DNA from: Nageia nagi
Taxonomy: Eukaryota; Plantae; Pinophyta
Direction: 5' to 3'
Assembly (NCBI GenBank): GCA_050084985.1
Contig: JBITNC010000001.1
Span: 163,556,001-163,620,000 of the forward strand
Length of the DNA: 64,000 bases
Shown here: positions 1 to 12,877 of the stretch, one piece after another
Layout of the letters: the number at the start of each line of letters is the position of its first letter
Numbering within the stretch: the stretch's first letter is position 1
The notes under the pieces: model-generated
Database searches by the model: none
What the model was told of the DNA's origin: nothing
What the model saw: the letters and a program-made list of their open reading frames with translations, nothing else
Translations under genes and position numbers: made by a program

Positions 1-559
1 GAGACACTGATAGCTCAGGATAAGATAATTGAGGCCAAATATGAATAAATAGCTTCCCTATAATAATAACTTGAGGTTCAAAAATAAGTGATCCAAGATA
101 TGATAACCACCCTAGATGTTGATAAAAGAAGTGCTATGTTATGCATGATATAGGAGATCCAAAAGTATGAAAAAGAGAATTAAGATCTTGTTATACACAA
201 TGTATACTCAAAGAATCAATAATGTATATTAGAATGTGACACAAGTGCAAGATTCCCAAGTCTCTCTATGATGGAAAAAGAGAGCTCATAGAGAATAAAG
301 TATGCATGGGGAGAGTAAAAGCTCCTAAACATGCTAATTGTAATTTTTAAACCACTTTTGACATATTAATATGAACATGCTCTTTATGGTTTCAAAATTT
401 GTGTTATGTGCATGATGTAGTTTTTTAATATTTTGATATTTTTCAAATATTTTTGCAATATTTTTATATTTTACTAATGCATAAAGTACAAAAAATGAAA
501 TAAAGGAAAAGTTAAGAAAAAATGATAAGCACAATGCTTGTAAGCAAACATACCTTTTT

Positions 560-3066
560 TGCATGCCTTTTTGAATCCATCAATGAAGTTGATTGATGTA
601 TCTAGATGTTTAACTTTTATAAACTAAGGGAAGGGCTTTTTGAAGATCCCTAAATTTATATTTTTTCATATTGAGACCCATTCATATTCACTTAAAATTT
701 TACCAATATCCCCTAAGTCTTGTGTTTTGTTCTTTAGTACATAAAAACCTTTTATGAGATATCCTCTATGTTCATGATAGTTGCAGAAATGATCATATCT
801 AACATTAGGACCAAACTTTGGATCTTTGGTGGCTAGAGGAGGCAATGCCATAAGCTTCTTTTTGACCAAGAGTTATGATACTTCATCAATATTATCATAT
901 ATAGATATGAAATTTATTTCTTATTTCTTAGGGCCTTGGGTGAACTCTATTATTTTCTTTGCAACAACTACAATGGGAATTTTAGGCTGATATTTTTATT
1001 TCTTTGTTGTAGGTGGAGTTTTATTCCTTTTATCATTTTGAAACTCTCCACAACTTATCAAGAATATTTCTATTTCAATGATTGAATGAAGAAATGTATG
1101 CAATGGCTTCTTATGATAATTGAAATATAATACCTTATATTTTTATTTTAGTAATTGAATGAATGACTGAAGTTTGTGTTTTTCATCAATGGTAAGTCTA
1201 TTGATAATTTTGTTCCAATTCTTGATAAAGGATTCAATTGTTTGACCTTCCCTTTTATTTAAGTACATTAAATTAGTAAACAAATTTTCTTATGTAATAA
1301 ATACCTTGAAAGCATCAATGAATGATATTCTAAGTTAGGTAAACTCTTGAATGTTATCATGAGGTAGCTTGTTAAACCATTTGAGAGCACCCCCTTTCAA
1401 TGTGAGAGGAAATAATTTGGCATGAAAATATCTATCCAATGTGATAACTGAAACTTCATCCTCATAAATTTGTATATGCAATTATGGATATTCATGACCT
1501 TCATATTTTGTGAATTTCAAGCTCTTATTGGTATCCATAATAGCTTCTCTTTTTCTTTGGAAAAATGGATTTCTATCTTCCTTCTTCTTTGTGATTGTTT
1601 ACCATAGGAAATTAAGAGCTCTTGAAATTGCTTATGTAACTCATTCATATCTAGAATAGGAGAAGTTTAAGATATATGGATTACCTGATATTGTTGAACA
1701 TATCTTTCAAGAGTATGAAGGAATTGAAAATATATTTTCTTGTTATTTATATCATTAATGATCTTGTGAAGAACTTACACAAATCATCCATCTAAATTAT
1801 CTGAAGATAACTTATTCATATCCTCTTTATTATGGTTGAGAAATATGGAATTCTTTATGTCATTCTATTATTGTGATCAACCAATGAAATGATTTAAGAC
1901 TTTTTAAAGAAAACACTGATATTGAATTCTCCATTCATCCTTAGGATCAAGATCATAAGAAACTATTAATGGTGTTTTATCTTTTGTTACATATATTCCC
2001 ATTTTTTATCCTGATATTTATGTAAATTGGTCAAGAATTATTTGAAAAATCTTATTTTCCTTTAATAAGAAAATTATCAAAATAAGCAATTTGTCAAGTG
2101 CTTGAATACTGACTCTTGATTTGATTCTCTTGATTCATGCAATGAGGATATGGTTTGAAAGCTTAAAGAGGAATAATATGGAGTTTTGGATTATATAATA
2201 TTGAGTTTGCATACCTAATAAATCATTGGGATTAAATTCATCATACATACTAAATCCTTTGAGTTTTAGAGCATGAATAAGAGCATCCTCTTTCTCTATC
2301 ATATTGCCTATGGTAATTGGAGGCCTAACACTAGTGTTGGGCTACTTCAAACCTTATGGAGATTTTATGGTGGCCTTTGATACAACATTATTAATGAATT
2401 TTTTTGTTTCAACACCATTGTCTTGAATCATATTAGCATTAATGTTTCCCTCAATGTAAGCACTAGGGTTATGATAAATTGGAGGAGGAAGCAAAGGTTG
2501 ATCAATATATTTTGGTGAAGAGCATTTGTTTTAAAATATTTTTATCGCATTTTAAGGAACCACTTCTATTGATATATATTTGGTGATTTTAAGATTTAGT
2601 AGGTTAACAATGGATCTCTTTTATTTGGTAGGGCTTCTTCTACGTGGATGGAATCTTCTTAGGGGTATTCTAATTAAATAAAACTATTCGAACTAATCTT
2701 GGTGTGTGAAATCCTTCATCTTGGGATTCACTATTCTTTTGAACATTTAGGTATATGGTTTGGAAAGGTGACACTGTTGTGGAGTTTTCTATACCAAATA
2801 TATCTTGATCATTTTCCCCTTATGAGAAGCTTTTGGATTTCTATTTTTGAGCTATAATATTGTACTTATTTGTATAGGGAAAAGCTTGTTTCTCTTTCTC
2901 ATGCATGCATTATTAGTATCCTCACAAAATACATTTATCATTTCTTTTCCAAAATCATGGTAAGGAAAAAGGAAAATAAAGAAAAGGGTTATTTTGTAAT
3001 AATTATAATATTTTTATCAAACCTAACTTGAAGATTCATAAAAATAAAAATATGTTGGGTTCACTA
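560..3066 (-). mobile_element. Degenerate Ty3/gypsy (Tat/Ogre-like) gag region with decayed PBS
   Basis: Minus strand gives a retrotransposon gag motif (HAKLFPLTLKGGALKWFNKLP, ~1360-1425) and an Ogre-type knuckle (FCNYHEHRG..LKNKTQDL, ORF 666-869). 3051-3066 (tatgttgggttcacta) resembles a CpG-decayed tRNA-Trp-type PBS next to TGTAG at 3070. Confidence 0.7.
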
Positions 3067-3069
3067 ATA

Positions 3070-3900
3070 TGTAGATGATAAAATGCAACCTTAAAATGTA
3101 GTAAAGGATGAAGTAATTATTTCTACTTAATTAACATACAAAGATGCCTAAATTCCTATGATCACTTAGTAACTAATAAAAATAGATCAAGATAATAACA
3201 ATGATAGAATTAAAATAATAAAATACCCTAACCTATGAGATAATGTATTTATAGATGTGTATTTGTTACTTATTTGGATGATGAATATGCACTTTAAGAG
3301 ATATGAATAAATATGAGGACTCAAATACATGGTCTTGGAATGATATCTCATATTTGACTAAGCATTGGTACTAGGGATCTTGAGGGTGCAGATTGCTCAC
3401 TTCAACACTGATGTTATTCGCTCTCCTCCAAGGTAATGAAAAATTAAAGGATAGTTCTTAAGTATAACAAATTCCAATCTTGATAGGTGGTGTTTAAGAA
3501 CACATACAAGTTTATGAGAGATATGCACATTCCTATCGAGATAAAGTATTAATGGTATTCCCATGTATATAATTCTTAATTTATAGGTCTAATAATATAG
3601 ATGAATGCACTTTTGCATGTTAGTATCAACTTTGGTGGTCCAACTTACATCATAAGAGAATTACACATGAGAAGTAACTTAGGTAGATTATAAGCAATAA
3701 GGAAAATATAACATTACATCATATTCATCCAAAACATAGTGATGGTTATGTGACATGTAGTTTGGCCCTAAAAAGGTGCCAAATTATTAGTGTTTTCTTC
3801 AAAAAGTCTTAAATCATTTCATTGGTTGGCCAAAAAAATAGAAACTCTCTCAATTCTTGATTTTGTAGCCTTGATTTGTAATTAATTTACCTCTCTATAA
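3070..3900 (-). repeat. Probable 5' LTR of the preceding gypsy relic (right boundary uncertain)
   Basis: TG start at 3070 directly abutting the PBS-like sequence; non-coding LTR-like composition. Confidence 0.4.
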
Positions 3901-6289
3901 GTGATCTTCAAGCATTGATTAATAGTAAATATTATTATTTTTCATTTTATATAAACAATATCTCCTTATGAGTGGGTTGTATGGTACACTCTTTCCATAT
4001 AAGACCATACTCTTAGTACTTAGAAATTTTTTTAAAGAAATAATACTAATAGCATTTTGATTATTGTTATCACTATATTTAATTTAAACATTACCTCCTT
4101 CATTATTCTCTTGCAAAATTATGGTTTATGATGATATTCTCATTGAAAATAGTAACTCGATATCCATTACTAATTATGATATTATTTCTAATTTTTTAAT
4201 TGGTATAAATTTCAATAAAAAATGAAGATGTATAAATATCATTAATAGTCATGTTTATAAAATACAATATAAATATGTGATAATTTCTCACTTATCAATT
4301 ATGCTAATAAATAATTCATAGTATTAATTATCTTCTAAGATATAGTTCATTTGATGGTTAAGGAAATAATTCTTAAATACTTACAAATATTGGTTTGAAG
4401 ATACTAAGGATGAAGGTGACTTCTTGCTATCATTATCATTGCCAAATATGATTATTTTTATTTTCAATGAGATTTTGCAGTTAATTATTTAGGTGTAACC
4501 ATATTTTTATTTCATGTTCTTTGATGATGTGAAACTTACAAAATTTTACTATAATTGTATTAATATTAAACACTTCTATGAAAATATAAAATAAGTCTAA
4601 GTTAAAGATAATCAAAAATTATTTAATTAATCAATTATTTTATAATAAATTTAAGCCTTTCATTAAAATTTATGAAATTTCTTGATCCTTGTAAGAGCAA
4701 TTATTTTTTATTCATTCGCAACCATATTTGACATATTGTTGGTCTCATTTTTAAATTTATCCCTAGTTCATAAATCAATTTTAAAGGAAAATTTATAGTT
4801 ATTAGAAGGGATTTGTTAGGCTTGTAGTAAAAGATTTTCCCCATGTAAATATTCATGATAAATTTTACTAAATATATTACTTCTATCAGGAGACATATGT
4901 TTTTAGTTATGCTTGTGTATAAGCATGGAAACTTTTGCAAATATCTATATTGATGTAATAGTATTAAATCATGATTAATTTTTATCTAAATTCTATTATA
5001 AATTAACTCAATGGTTATTATTATTATTTATTTTTTCTTAGTATGTAATTGAGAAAGTATTAGATTTTTATGTTAATCATGAAGTGGTCCATAAAGAGGC
5101 CTATAAGGGAAGAAAGTTGAAGACTATATTTTTTAATTATTATTTATAGAACCATAAAAGTATATAACTAAAATAATTCCTTAAACTATCTTGATTTGAA
5201 ATGATCATGATCTAAAATGTTAATGCATAATTTTTTTAACTATTGATTATGGTGAGTTACACTTCCTTATTAGTAAAGGTTCAAATTTTTAGGATTTTGA
5301 GGCAAAAGTAAATAAGATAGTGAAGGATGTTATGCTCAATGAAGAGTTCATAAATGAAAAATAAGGATTAGAGTTTAATATCATCTTCATTATATTTTAG
5401 AGTTTATGTTTAACTTTATCCTTCTGTTATTAATGTTGGATTTATATCTATTAAAGTGCAGGCATCATCTAAGAAAGTTCAAGATTTTAAAATATAGGAC
5501 AAATTAGGGTTATAGGAGGAATAAAAGAAACATAATGCATGCTTGTTATAGGATAATAAAACATAAGAGAGAAAATAATAAAAACAAGTGTTTAATATCA
5601 TATATAAATAAGAGGATGAAAAATAAATGGGATTGAAATTATTATAGTAAAAATAAAAGCATATGGGATAAGAAGAGTCAAAGGAATGATAAAATTAGGT
5701 TTACAAATGACTATATCACATTCTAGTCTCATTATTAGAATGATTGAAGTGGCCACTCCATAGAGAAAAGTATATGAAGTAGAGGTTGAAGAGATTAAGA
5801 AGATAAAGAAGCATAGGAAAGAGCTTGTTCAATTATAGAAATGGGTTTTGAATTTTTTTTTTAAAAAGAAAAAAAAATGAATGAGAACTAATAGGCTTGT
5901 GTTTGAGTGAAACCTCTTTATTGAGTAATAAGAAGTATTTGAAATGATTTAGGATATTGCAAAAGGTAATTATTAACCTCCTTATGGAAATCATAATTAT
6001 AAACAACTTGAAGATTAGTATAGATAAAATAAAATTATATTAATAATAAATATGTTTATATATTTACATGATGTTAATATAAATATGACTAATGATAGAG
6101 GACCTAGAATGCAATATGATAATTTTTACTAAACCATGGAATGAGGGATTTGATAATCAAAGCAACATAAACCTAAATCTAATATGTATATTAAATTGAA
6201 ATAAGGCATGCTATACTTGTGCACCTATTTGATGATATTCTAACCCTAGAAGTTGAGCTTTTAAGTCCTTCATAAAATATACTTAAAAA

Positions 6290-7040
6290 CTCAATGGTTT
6301 TCAAGGTATTGATGGTTATCACAAATTTTATAAGGATTAGAATCAATCTCAATAATGATTAAATCCTCCCTATTTATTAGAAATCAAAATACAAATCAAA
6401 ATAGAATATGAACTTGAAATGTACATGAATTTACCTATTCCAAAGAAATGAAGGATCTATGAGGCTCAAGGATTAAATAAGGCAATATAGATAACTTCAT
6501 GTTGATATCTAATAAGAATAAGGTCATTGGTAGCCTGTTATCTTGAAATATTGATGGCCCTATTTAAAGGGGTTTTTATTATTTATAATTGAAATTATGG
6601 GGGTTGTTTGATGATTTTAGGATCCATGTCCTTCATTCAAATTTTTTATCTTGCCAATAATTTATCATTTTTTTCCAAAATTCTCTCCAATTTTCCTTAA
6701 TAATTTGTAATGATTTTCTTGATGTCTTAGCTTTGTAATGATGATAATTATATACTTCAAAATACGAAAAAAGAGAGAGATCTTGAGTCTTTTCAAAGCA
6801 TATTCTTGATTTTAAAATTGTGTGATAGCCTAATCATCAATGAGATTGATATCTTGAAATGATTTTCTAGTCTTCTTTTATACCTTTTAAAATAAAATAA
6901 AAGAATCACATTAGCCAATTTTCCCTATAAATAAGGATAAAATTTATTGAAATTCTCTTTATTAATGTAATTTATTTTAGACACCTAAACAATAATTTTA
7001 AATAAATCAAAATTATATGTCTATAGTTTTCCCCCTTCGA
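6290..7040 (-). repeat. Gypsy-type LTR (minus strand) with polypurine tract
   Basis: Colinear homology with 24320-25085 (e.g. aatatgaacttgaaatg..atgaatttacctatt; aaaataaaataaaagaa.cacat.agccaa). Ends tgtctata followed by gttttcccccttc, the reverse complement of a PPT. Confidence 0.65.
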
Positions 7041-7539
7041 AGATGTGGTGGTAGGAACCAAAACTATATTTCCAAAGTAAGAAAAGAAAAATACATTACC
7101 CATTCTAATGATACTTCCATAAAATATTGACTTGATGAATATCATAAGTTTACTCTTCTATATTTTTTACCTTAATTATGCCTCTTATTTATTTGGGTTG
7201 CTTGCAAACCTTATGTAAGCCAAGGGGTTTAAATAATTAGAAATAAACTTGCTAAAATAAAATAGGGAAAAAGGGGTCTTTTAAGGGGATTCAAATGTAC
7301 AAAGGTTAGTACAGTGGGTGGGGAAGTATGTAACTCACATGATGCACATGAGTGATGGATGACATGCTCGAAAGAGCACATGTAAGGATTTGACATGTCC
7401 TTTATCTATAACAAGGCCACGGATCGAGTAGTGGATGGTTGTAGATGGTAAAGATAGATGGAGGGTCTTGATTTATAGCCAAAGGTGGTAGCATGGAAAT
7501 TATAATAAGGAGCACCCATAGTCATTTCAAATTCTGGCT

Positions 7540-8904
7540 ACATGCATAGAGGATGATGAGCTAGAAGAGGCTAGAACTAGCTATGAGAGAAGATATCAGA
7601 CATGACCAAATCATTTGGCATATTTTATGCAATGGGGGCATATATGGGTTTTATGGATGCTCTAAATGAACATAATCCCAATTGGTCAAGACAAGTGGCC
7701 ACAACATGGACTGGTAGCAATGTGGTGGTAGAAGGGAACCATTTTTCAATTAGCCTTGAATTGATTAAAGTGGCCATGGGTATGGCCAATTATGGTAGTA
7801 GACACAATAGGGAGATACAAACATCAGTATCTGAAGTGTAGGCTTTCTATGGGTAGGGGTGCCTCTCCTAAAGATAAGGAAATCAACCTACCAAATGGAC
7901 TTAATCTGATACTCTTAGAATGAGGTGGAAAAGGTAATTATGTAGTTGTTTACTATGGAAGGTAGATATTTGGAACTCTTTGGGGTCCATTTTATTCTAT
8001 TGAATCATTTCATAGGATTGTATAGAATTATTCTTTCCTAATTTCTATACAATTCATTAGATTTATACATTAGTAAGCATAGGAAACTAGTTCCAATTCA
8101 TCAAGGACTAATCAAAACTATGGTGGATTATGAGAATACTAGTCCAAGAAGGATGATACCTTTGATTCAATAGATGCTAAAACCCCCTCTAGTAGACTCA
8201 GCAACCATGGAGTCTTCTAATAGTAGCTCAATGCTACTGCTTCTCCCAATTGGGGAGCCTATCACATACCTAATTATTGTTGTCTCTTCAAACCTAGAGG
8301 ACTCAATTTTAGATGATGGTGATAATGCTACTATGTCAATTAGAAGGGGAAAATTTATGATGGGTTCTAAATATGAAAAAGAAGAGATGGAGGGAGAAGT
8401 ATTCCCCCTCAAAAACAAAAGCAATGGTCTCCTCTAGCTATAGGGGATATGGAGGCGGATGATAATCCCCTATGAGAGGCCAAATTTAGCATAATGGGGA
8501 AGCTAATGAAGATCTTTAGGCTCCTCTAGAGGAACAAGAAGAAAAGTTGCAATCTCCTCCAGCTATAGGGGATTTAGATTTGGATGATAGACCCACTATG
8601 AGATCTCATAGCCAGCAAAAAGAGTTTGCTAATGAAGATATTTAGGATCCCTAAAAGGTTAGCTTTAGGAAGGACCATACTAGCCCAAGCAAGTTGCAAA
8701 TTCTTATCCCTAAGATGAAATTCAAGAAAATATATGAGAAATGAAGGCATTTTGAAGAATGGGGATGAATTGGAAGGAGAGGAAGAGAATAGAGGCAAGT
8801 TTGACTAGTTAGAAGGGAAATTAAGGCTATATAATACTCATGGTACAATAAGCAAAAGCTAGGTAGGGACCATTAGAAAGTAACTTTGGATTCCATCAAG
8901 CAAT
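7540..8904 (+). pseudogene. Degenerate accessory ORF of a gymnosperm-type gypsy element (putative plant transposon protein), interrupted by the copia insertion
   Basis: Frameshifted translation IWHILCNGGIYGFMDALNEHNPNWSRQVATTW..FSISLELIKVAMGM, then EVEKVIM*LFTMEGRYLELFGVHFILLNHF..PIHQGLI. This resembles, from recall, the extra ORF of conifer gypsy elements. Confidence 0.55.
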
Positions 8905-9692
8905 TGTTAGAATTTGTAATGAAATATTGTGAATATCTAAACCCCTTGTAAATTCAATTAATCACTTAAAGGATATTTAGATACCTTAAGGGATTAATTG
9001 AATTCTTTATTATGTAAACTTTGACCTTACCAAGTGGTTAGTTGGTAGGTTAAAGTTAGGTAATATATTTATTGTAACCCTAACCTTACCCTTGGGTTAA
9101 AGGGAGGTTAGGGAGGTGCTCTCATGCTATAAATAGAGGGCCTCTCCTCTTGTAATATCACTTAGATTTTGAGTAAGATTACTCTACTAGTTTGTGTAGG
9201 AGAGAAAGGAATTTGTAATGAAATATTGTGAATATCTAAACTCCTTGTAAATTCAATTAATCACTTAAAGGATATTTAGATACCTTAAGGGATTAATTGA
9301 ATTCTTTATTATGTAAACTTTGACCTTACCAAGTGGTTAGTTGGTAGGTTAAAGTTAGGTAATATATTTATTGTAACCTTAACCTTACCCTTGGGTTAAA
9401 GGGAGGTTAGGGAAGTGCTCTCATGCTATAAATAGAGGGCCTCTCCTCTTGTAATATCACTTAGATTTTGAGTAAGATTACTCTAATAGTTTGTGTAGGA
9501 GAGAAAGGAATTGTTGTAAGAGGGTGCATAGTTTGAGAATTGAGATCTAGTTGTGGATGTACTCCCAAGGAGGGAGGAACCACTTATATTGGTGTTATCT
9601 TGTGTGAATGGTGTTATTAGCTTGTAGATGTTGAATGATTAAGTTTCATATAGTATTGGACCTTGAGGATTAGTGTAGGTCTAATTCCTTCA
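8905..9692 (+). repeat. 5' LTR (788 bp; contains a 299-bp tandem duplication)
   Basis: Starts TGTTAGAATTTG and ends CCTTCA. 8910-9208 is repeated at 9209-9507; TATA-like ctataaata is present twice. Confidence 0.95.
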
Positions 9693-9694
9693 AT

Positions 9695-9706
9695 TGGTAT
9701 CAGAGC
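9695..9706 (+). promoter_or_regulatory. Primer binding site (tRNA-iMet)
   Basis: TGGTATCAGAGC 2 nt after the LTR-terminal CA. Confidence 0.95.
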
Positions 9707-12700
9707 TTGGTGTGGAAGCTCCTTCAACATTCTTTGAAACTTCTTCAATTTGGAGGTCTCCATTTCTCATCTTCTTACATTGTTGAGGTAAAACATAATA
9801 GAAGGTATACATTTTTTACCTTCTTGGTTAATTATTGAATAATTGTATTTTACTACTAACATATTGTGTGCTATATGTTGACTATTGTTGAGCTAAATAT
9901 GATTAACAATTTTTGATACTAACCTCTTTTGTGAATAGCGTTTTTTTGCAAATTGCTTATTTGCTCATTATTTAAGAGGATAGTATACAAAAATTAAGTT
10001 AAAGAATTTCTTTCAATTTTATTTGTGAGAAATAACTTCTTTTACTAGCACAAAGTAAAAAGGAGAGATACTATTATCTCAAATGTTTATTTTTTTTTAA
10101 ATTATGTTGGTAAATTTATTTTGCAATTTATTGTACACCTTACAATATATCAAAAAAGGGGAGGGAGATTTATGATTACTAAGCTAATACCTTCACTTGA
10201 AATACATTATTATCTAAAACTTTATTTACAATAATTTGAAAACCTACTGCTGAAAAATTTGGATTTTACAGAGGGCAGAATAACGTTGCCATCTTCGAAT
10301 GGAGAAAAGGGAGATGGACTTCTGGGAGAGGTTTGTCTGCTCCTTGGTGTGACTAATGCCGAACTAGATGCAGATCTCATTAGAAAAGAACTACTCCATG
10401 CATTACTCTGAATCTCCCCTAGCCCCTGTTTCGGCTTCCCATCCTCTTCCTTACCTGACAACTCATATCCGATTTCATCGATGTGCTCCGAACCCACACT
10501 CAAATCGCATTCTCGATATCGGATGCCCTCTAGATGCTAATAAATCCCATTCGATTGAAGATCTGCAAGCTTAAGTTTTGCCCATTAAGACCAAGTGAAT
10601 GTCAAAGCCATATCCAATACAATCATCTTCAAAGCTCAGGTTTAAGAAGAGGGGGTGGGTATGGAGAAGGTAAAAGAGATGGAGTTGGAGATGGAGAGGG
10701 ATGACGATAATGTTGGGAATGCTGGAAACATTTTTTATCTTGGATTGGTGGGTGTTATCACATTTATAGGACATGGATGTTAAAAATGTTGGTGATGATC
10801 ATTGCCACAACAAGTCCCAATCCAATTGGTTGCAGCCAAATGCTACCTCTACCGTCACCGCTCCACAACCAAATGCTATTTGTAGCTTCACCTCCTCTCT
10901 CACTATAACTTTACACACCTAGGAGAATCCCTTATCTCTCCTCCCTCGCCAGTTAGGGTCAATGATCATCCCACCTATGAATTCCAAACTTGTGGTGAAG
11001 GCCTGGGAGCGTTCTAACGGATCCCTTCTCCCTCCTCCCTCGTCGGTTGCATCATCTCCCTCCACTCGCATTGCTTGGCCTCCTTCCCTTCATGGCCCTC
11101 TACCTACACCTCCTAACCTCCTTCATGTTGCGTGATCTTCTCTCACTTTTTTTAAGATGGAGGCCCTTTCTTGTTTGTGCATTTAATTTTTTGTTGACTA
11201 CTTGCATATTCTTAAATGCACATGCAAAGCAATGTTTACTCCTTCTTGGTAAGGGAAGGGTAGCCATCATTATTTTACCTAAAAGCATTTATTTTTTTGA
11301 CTTGGAGTATTTTTTTGTTTACTTGGAGTGTTTGAGGTAAAAGTAGCATTAACTATACATAGGTCTCCTTTCTTTTTCATTAATACTTGCAAGCTTCCAA
11401 GAAGCAAATGTATACTTTTTGGTAGGCATTTAATATTTTTTGCTTGCAAGTCATTTGTTCCTATTAAATGCACTTAGAAGTACTTATACTCCAACTTTAA
11501 GCATTGTCATGATGAATATAATACTTTAAAGTAAGTAGATACATCATTACTCTTCAATGCTATCCAATTTTTTAGAAAAATGTGGCAAATAAAGTTAATT
11601 CTTTAGGAGTATTTTTTTATTTGCCTTAAATACTTTTAAGTTTGGCAATTTACTTAGGTAAATGATAAATATTAGTGTAAAATTAACACTTTAAGGGATT
11701 TTTTTTACCTAAGTATTTTTTGTTAATGATTTCATGTTTCCTAAAAGGGAAACCTATGCTATTTTTTAAGTAAACAAGGGAAATTTTTTACTTAAAATAT
11801 AAATGCATACTTAAAAGACAATTTTTTAGCATACAAGTTTTAGGGATAAAAATTTAAGTAAAAAAAGGGGGGAATTTGTATAGTTTTTTACTTAAAACTT
11901 TATCTAGATCTTGCATGCTAAATTTGTAATGCATGCCTCTTAATCTTGTGTAGGAATAAAGCATGCTTAGTACTTAAAATTTTTAAGTTAAATAATGCAT
12001 TTTTAATAAGATAAATGATGCATGTTTATTACTTAATTTTTAAGTTATGGAATAATGCATGTTTAATTTTTTAAGTTATGGATTAATGCTAAGTAGGACT
12101 TAGCCTTTTAAAATTCATTAAAGTGTTGAATGAATTTATGAACTTGAGCAAGTATGCAAAATGTAAAAATGTCCTTTAGGGGTTAGTACAAAACCCATTG
12201 GACTCTTATATTTCAAGTTCTTGTGGATGATGTATTTTTAATACTTTACTTTATATTTTTGCATAATTGCTTTATACTTGCAAAAATGCAAAATATTGAA
12301 AGTAACCCCTAAAATGAACACATCCGCATGTACTTTTCCACAACATGACTTGTTTGGGGAGCCACGAGGGGAGGACAGGGTAGACTGGAGCCTTTTTAGT
12401 CCAAAGAACCAAGTGGTGGTAAATTCATCTTAATTACCCCTAAGACCTCTGTTGGATTAGACATAACTCTATAAAGTGGACAAACATGTGTGTAGTGATA
12501 CCACATGTCCGCACATCCATTCAGGGATTATCCTGATAACCTAGGAGGAAAACTTGAAAACCTTAAACAAGATAATTAAAATGGTCAGTCCAAGATACGT
12601 CGAATCCTTGGAAAATAGTTGGTACTTCTCCTTGAGAGAGTATATTACTGACCAAGATGAACTGGTTGAGGACTAGTAGTACTTGGGCTCCACTTTGTGA

Positions 12701-12877
12701 ACATCCAGGTGAAGGCCTAATTCTATACAAGAAAACAACCTCAACTTTATCCTTCTACGGATCTTGGTTTATAAGTTTGCACATGTGGGACATGTTTACT
12801 TATCAATGTTTGATTTGTATAGATGGTAAATTGTAGAAATTTATTCATTCTTCTTGCTTATTTACTTTTGTGTAGCA

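Noticed and set aside
10222-11473. Single antisense ORF in the copia leader
   Set aside because: The minus-strand ORFs fall in different frames, separated by stops, with no domain signature.
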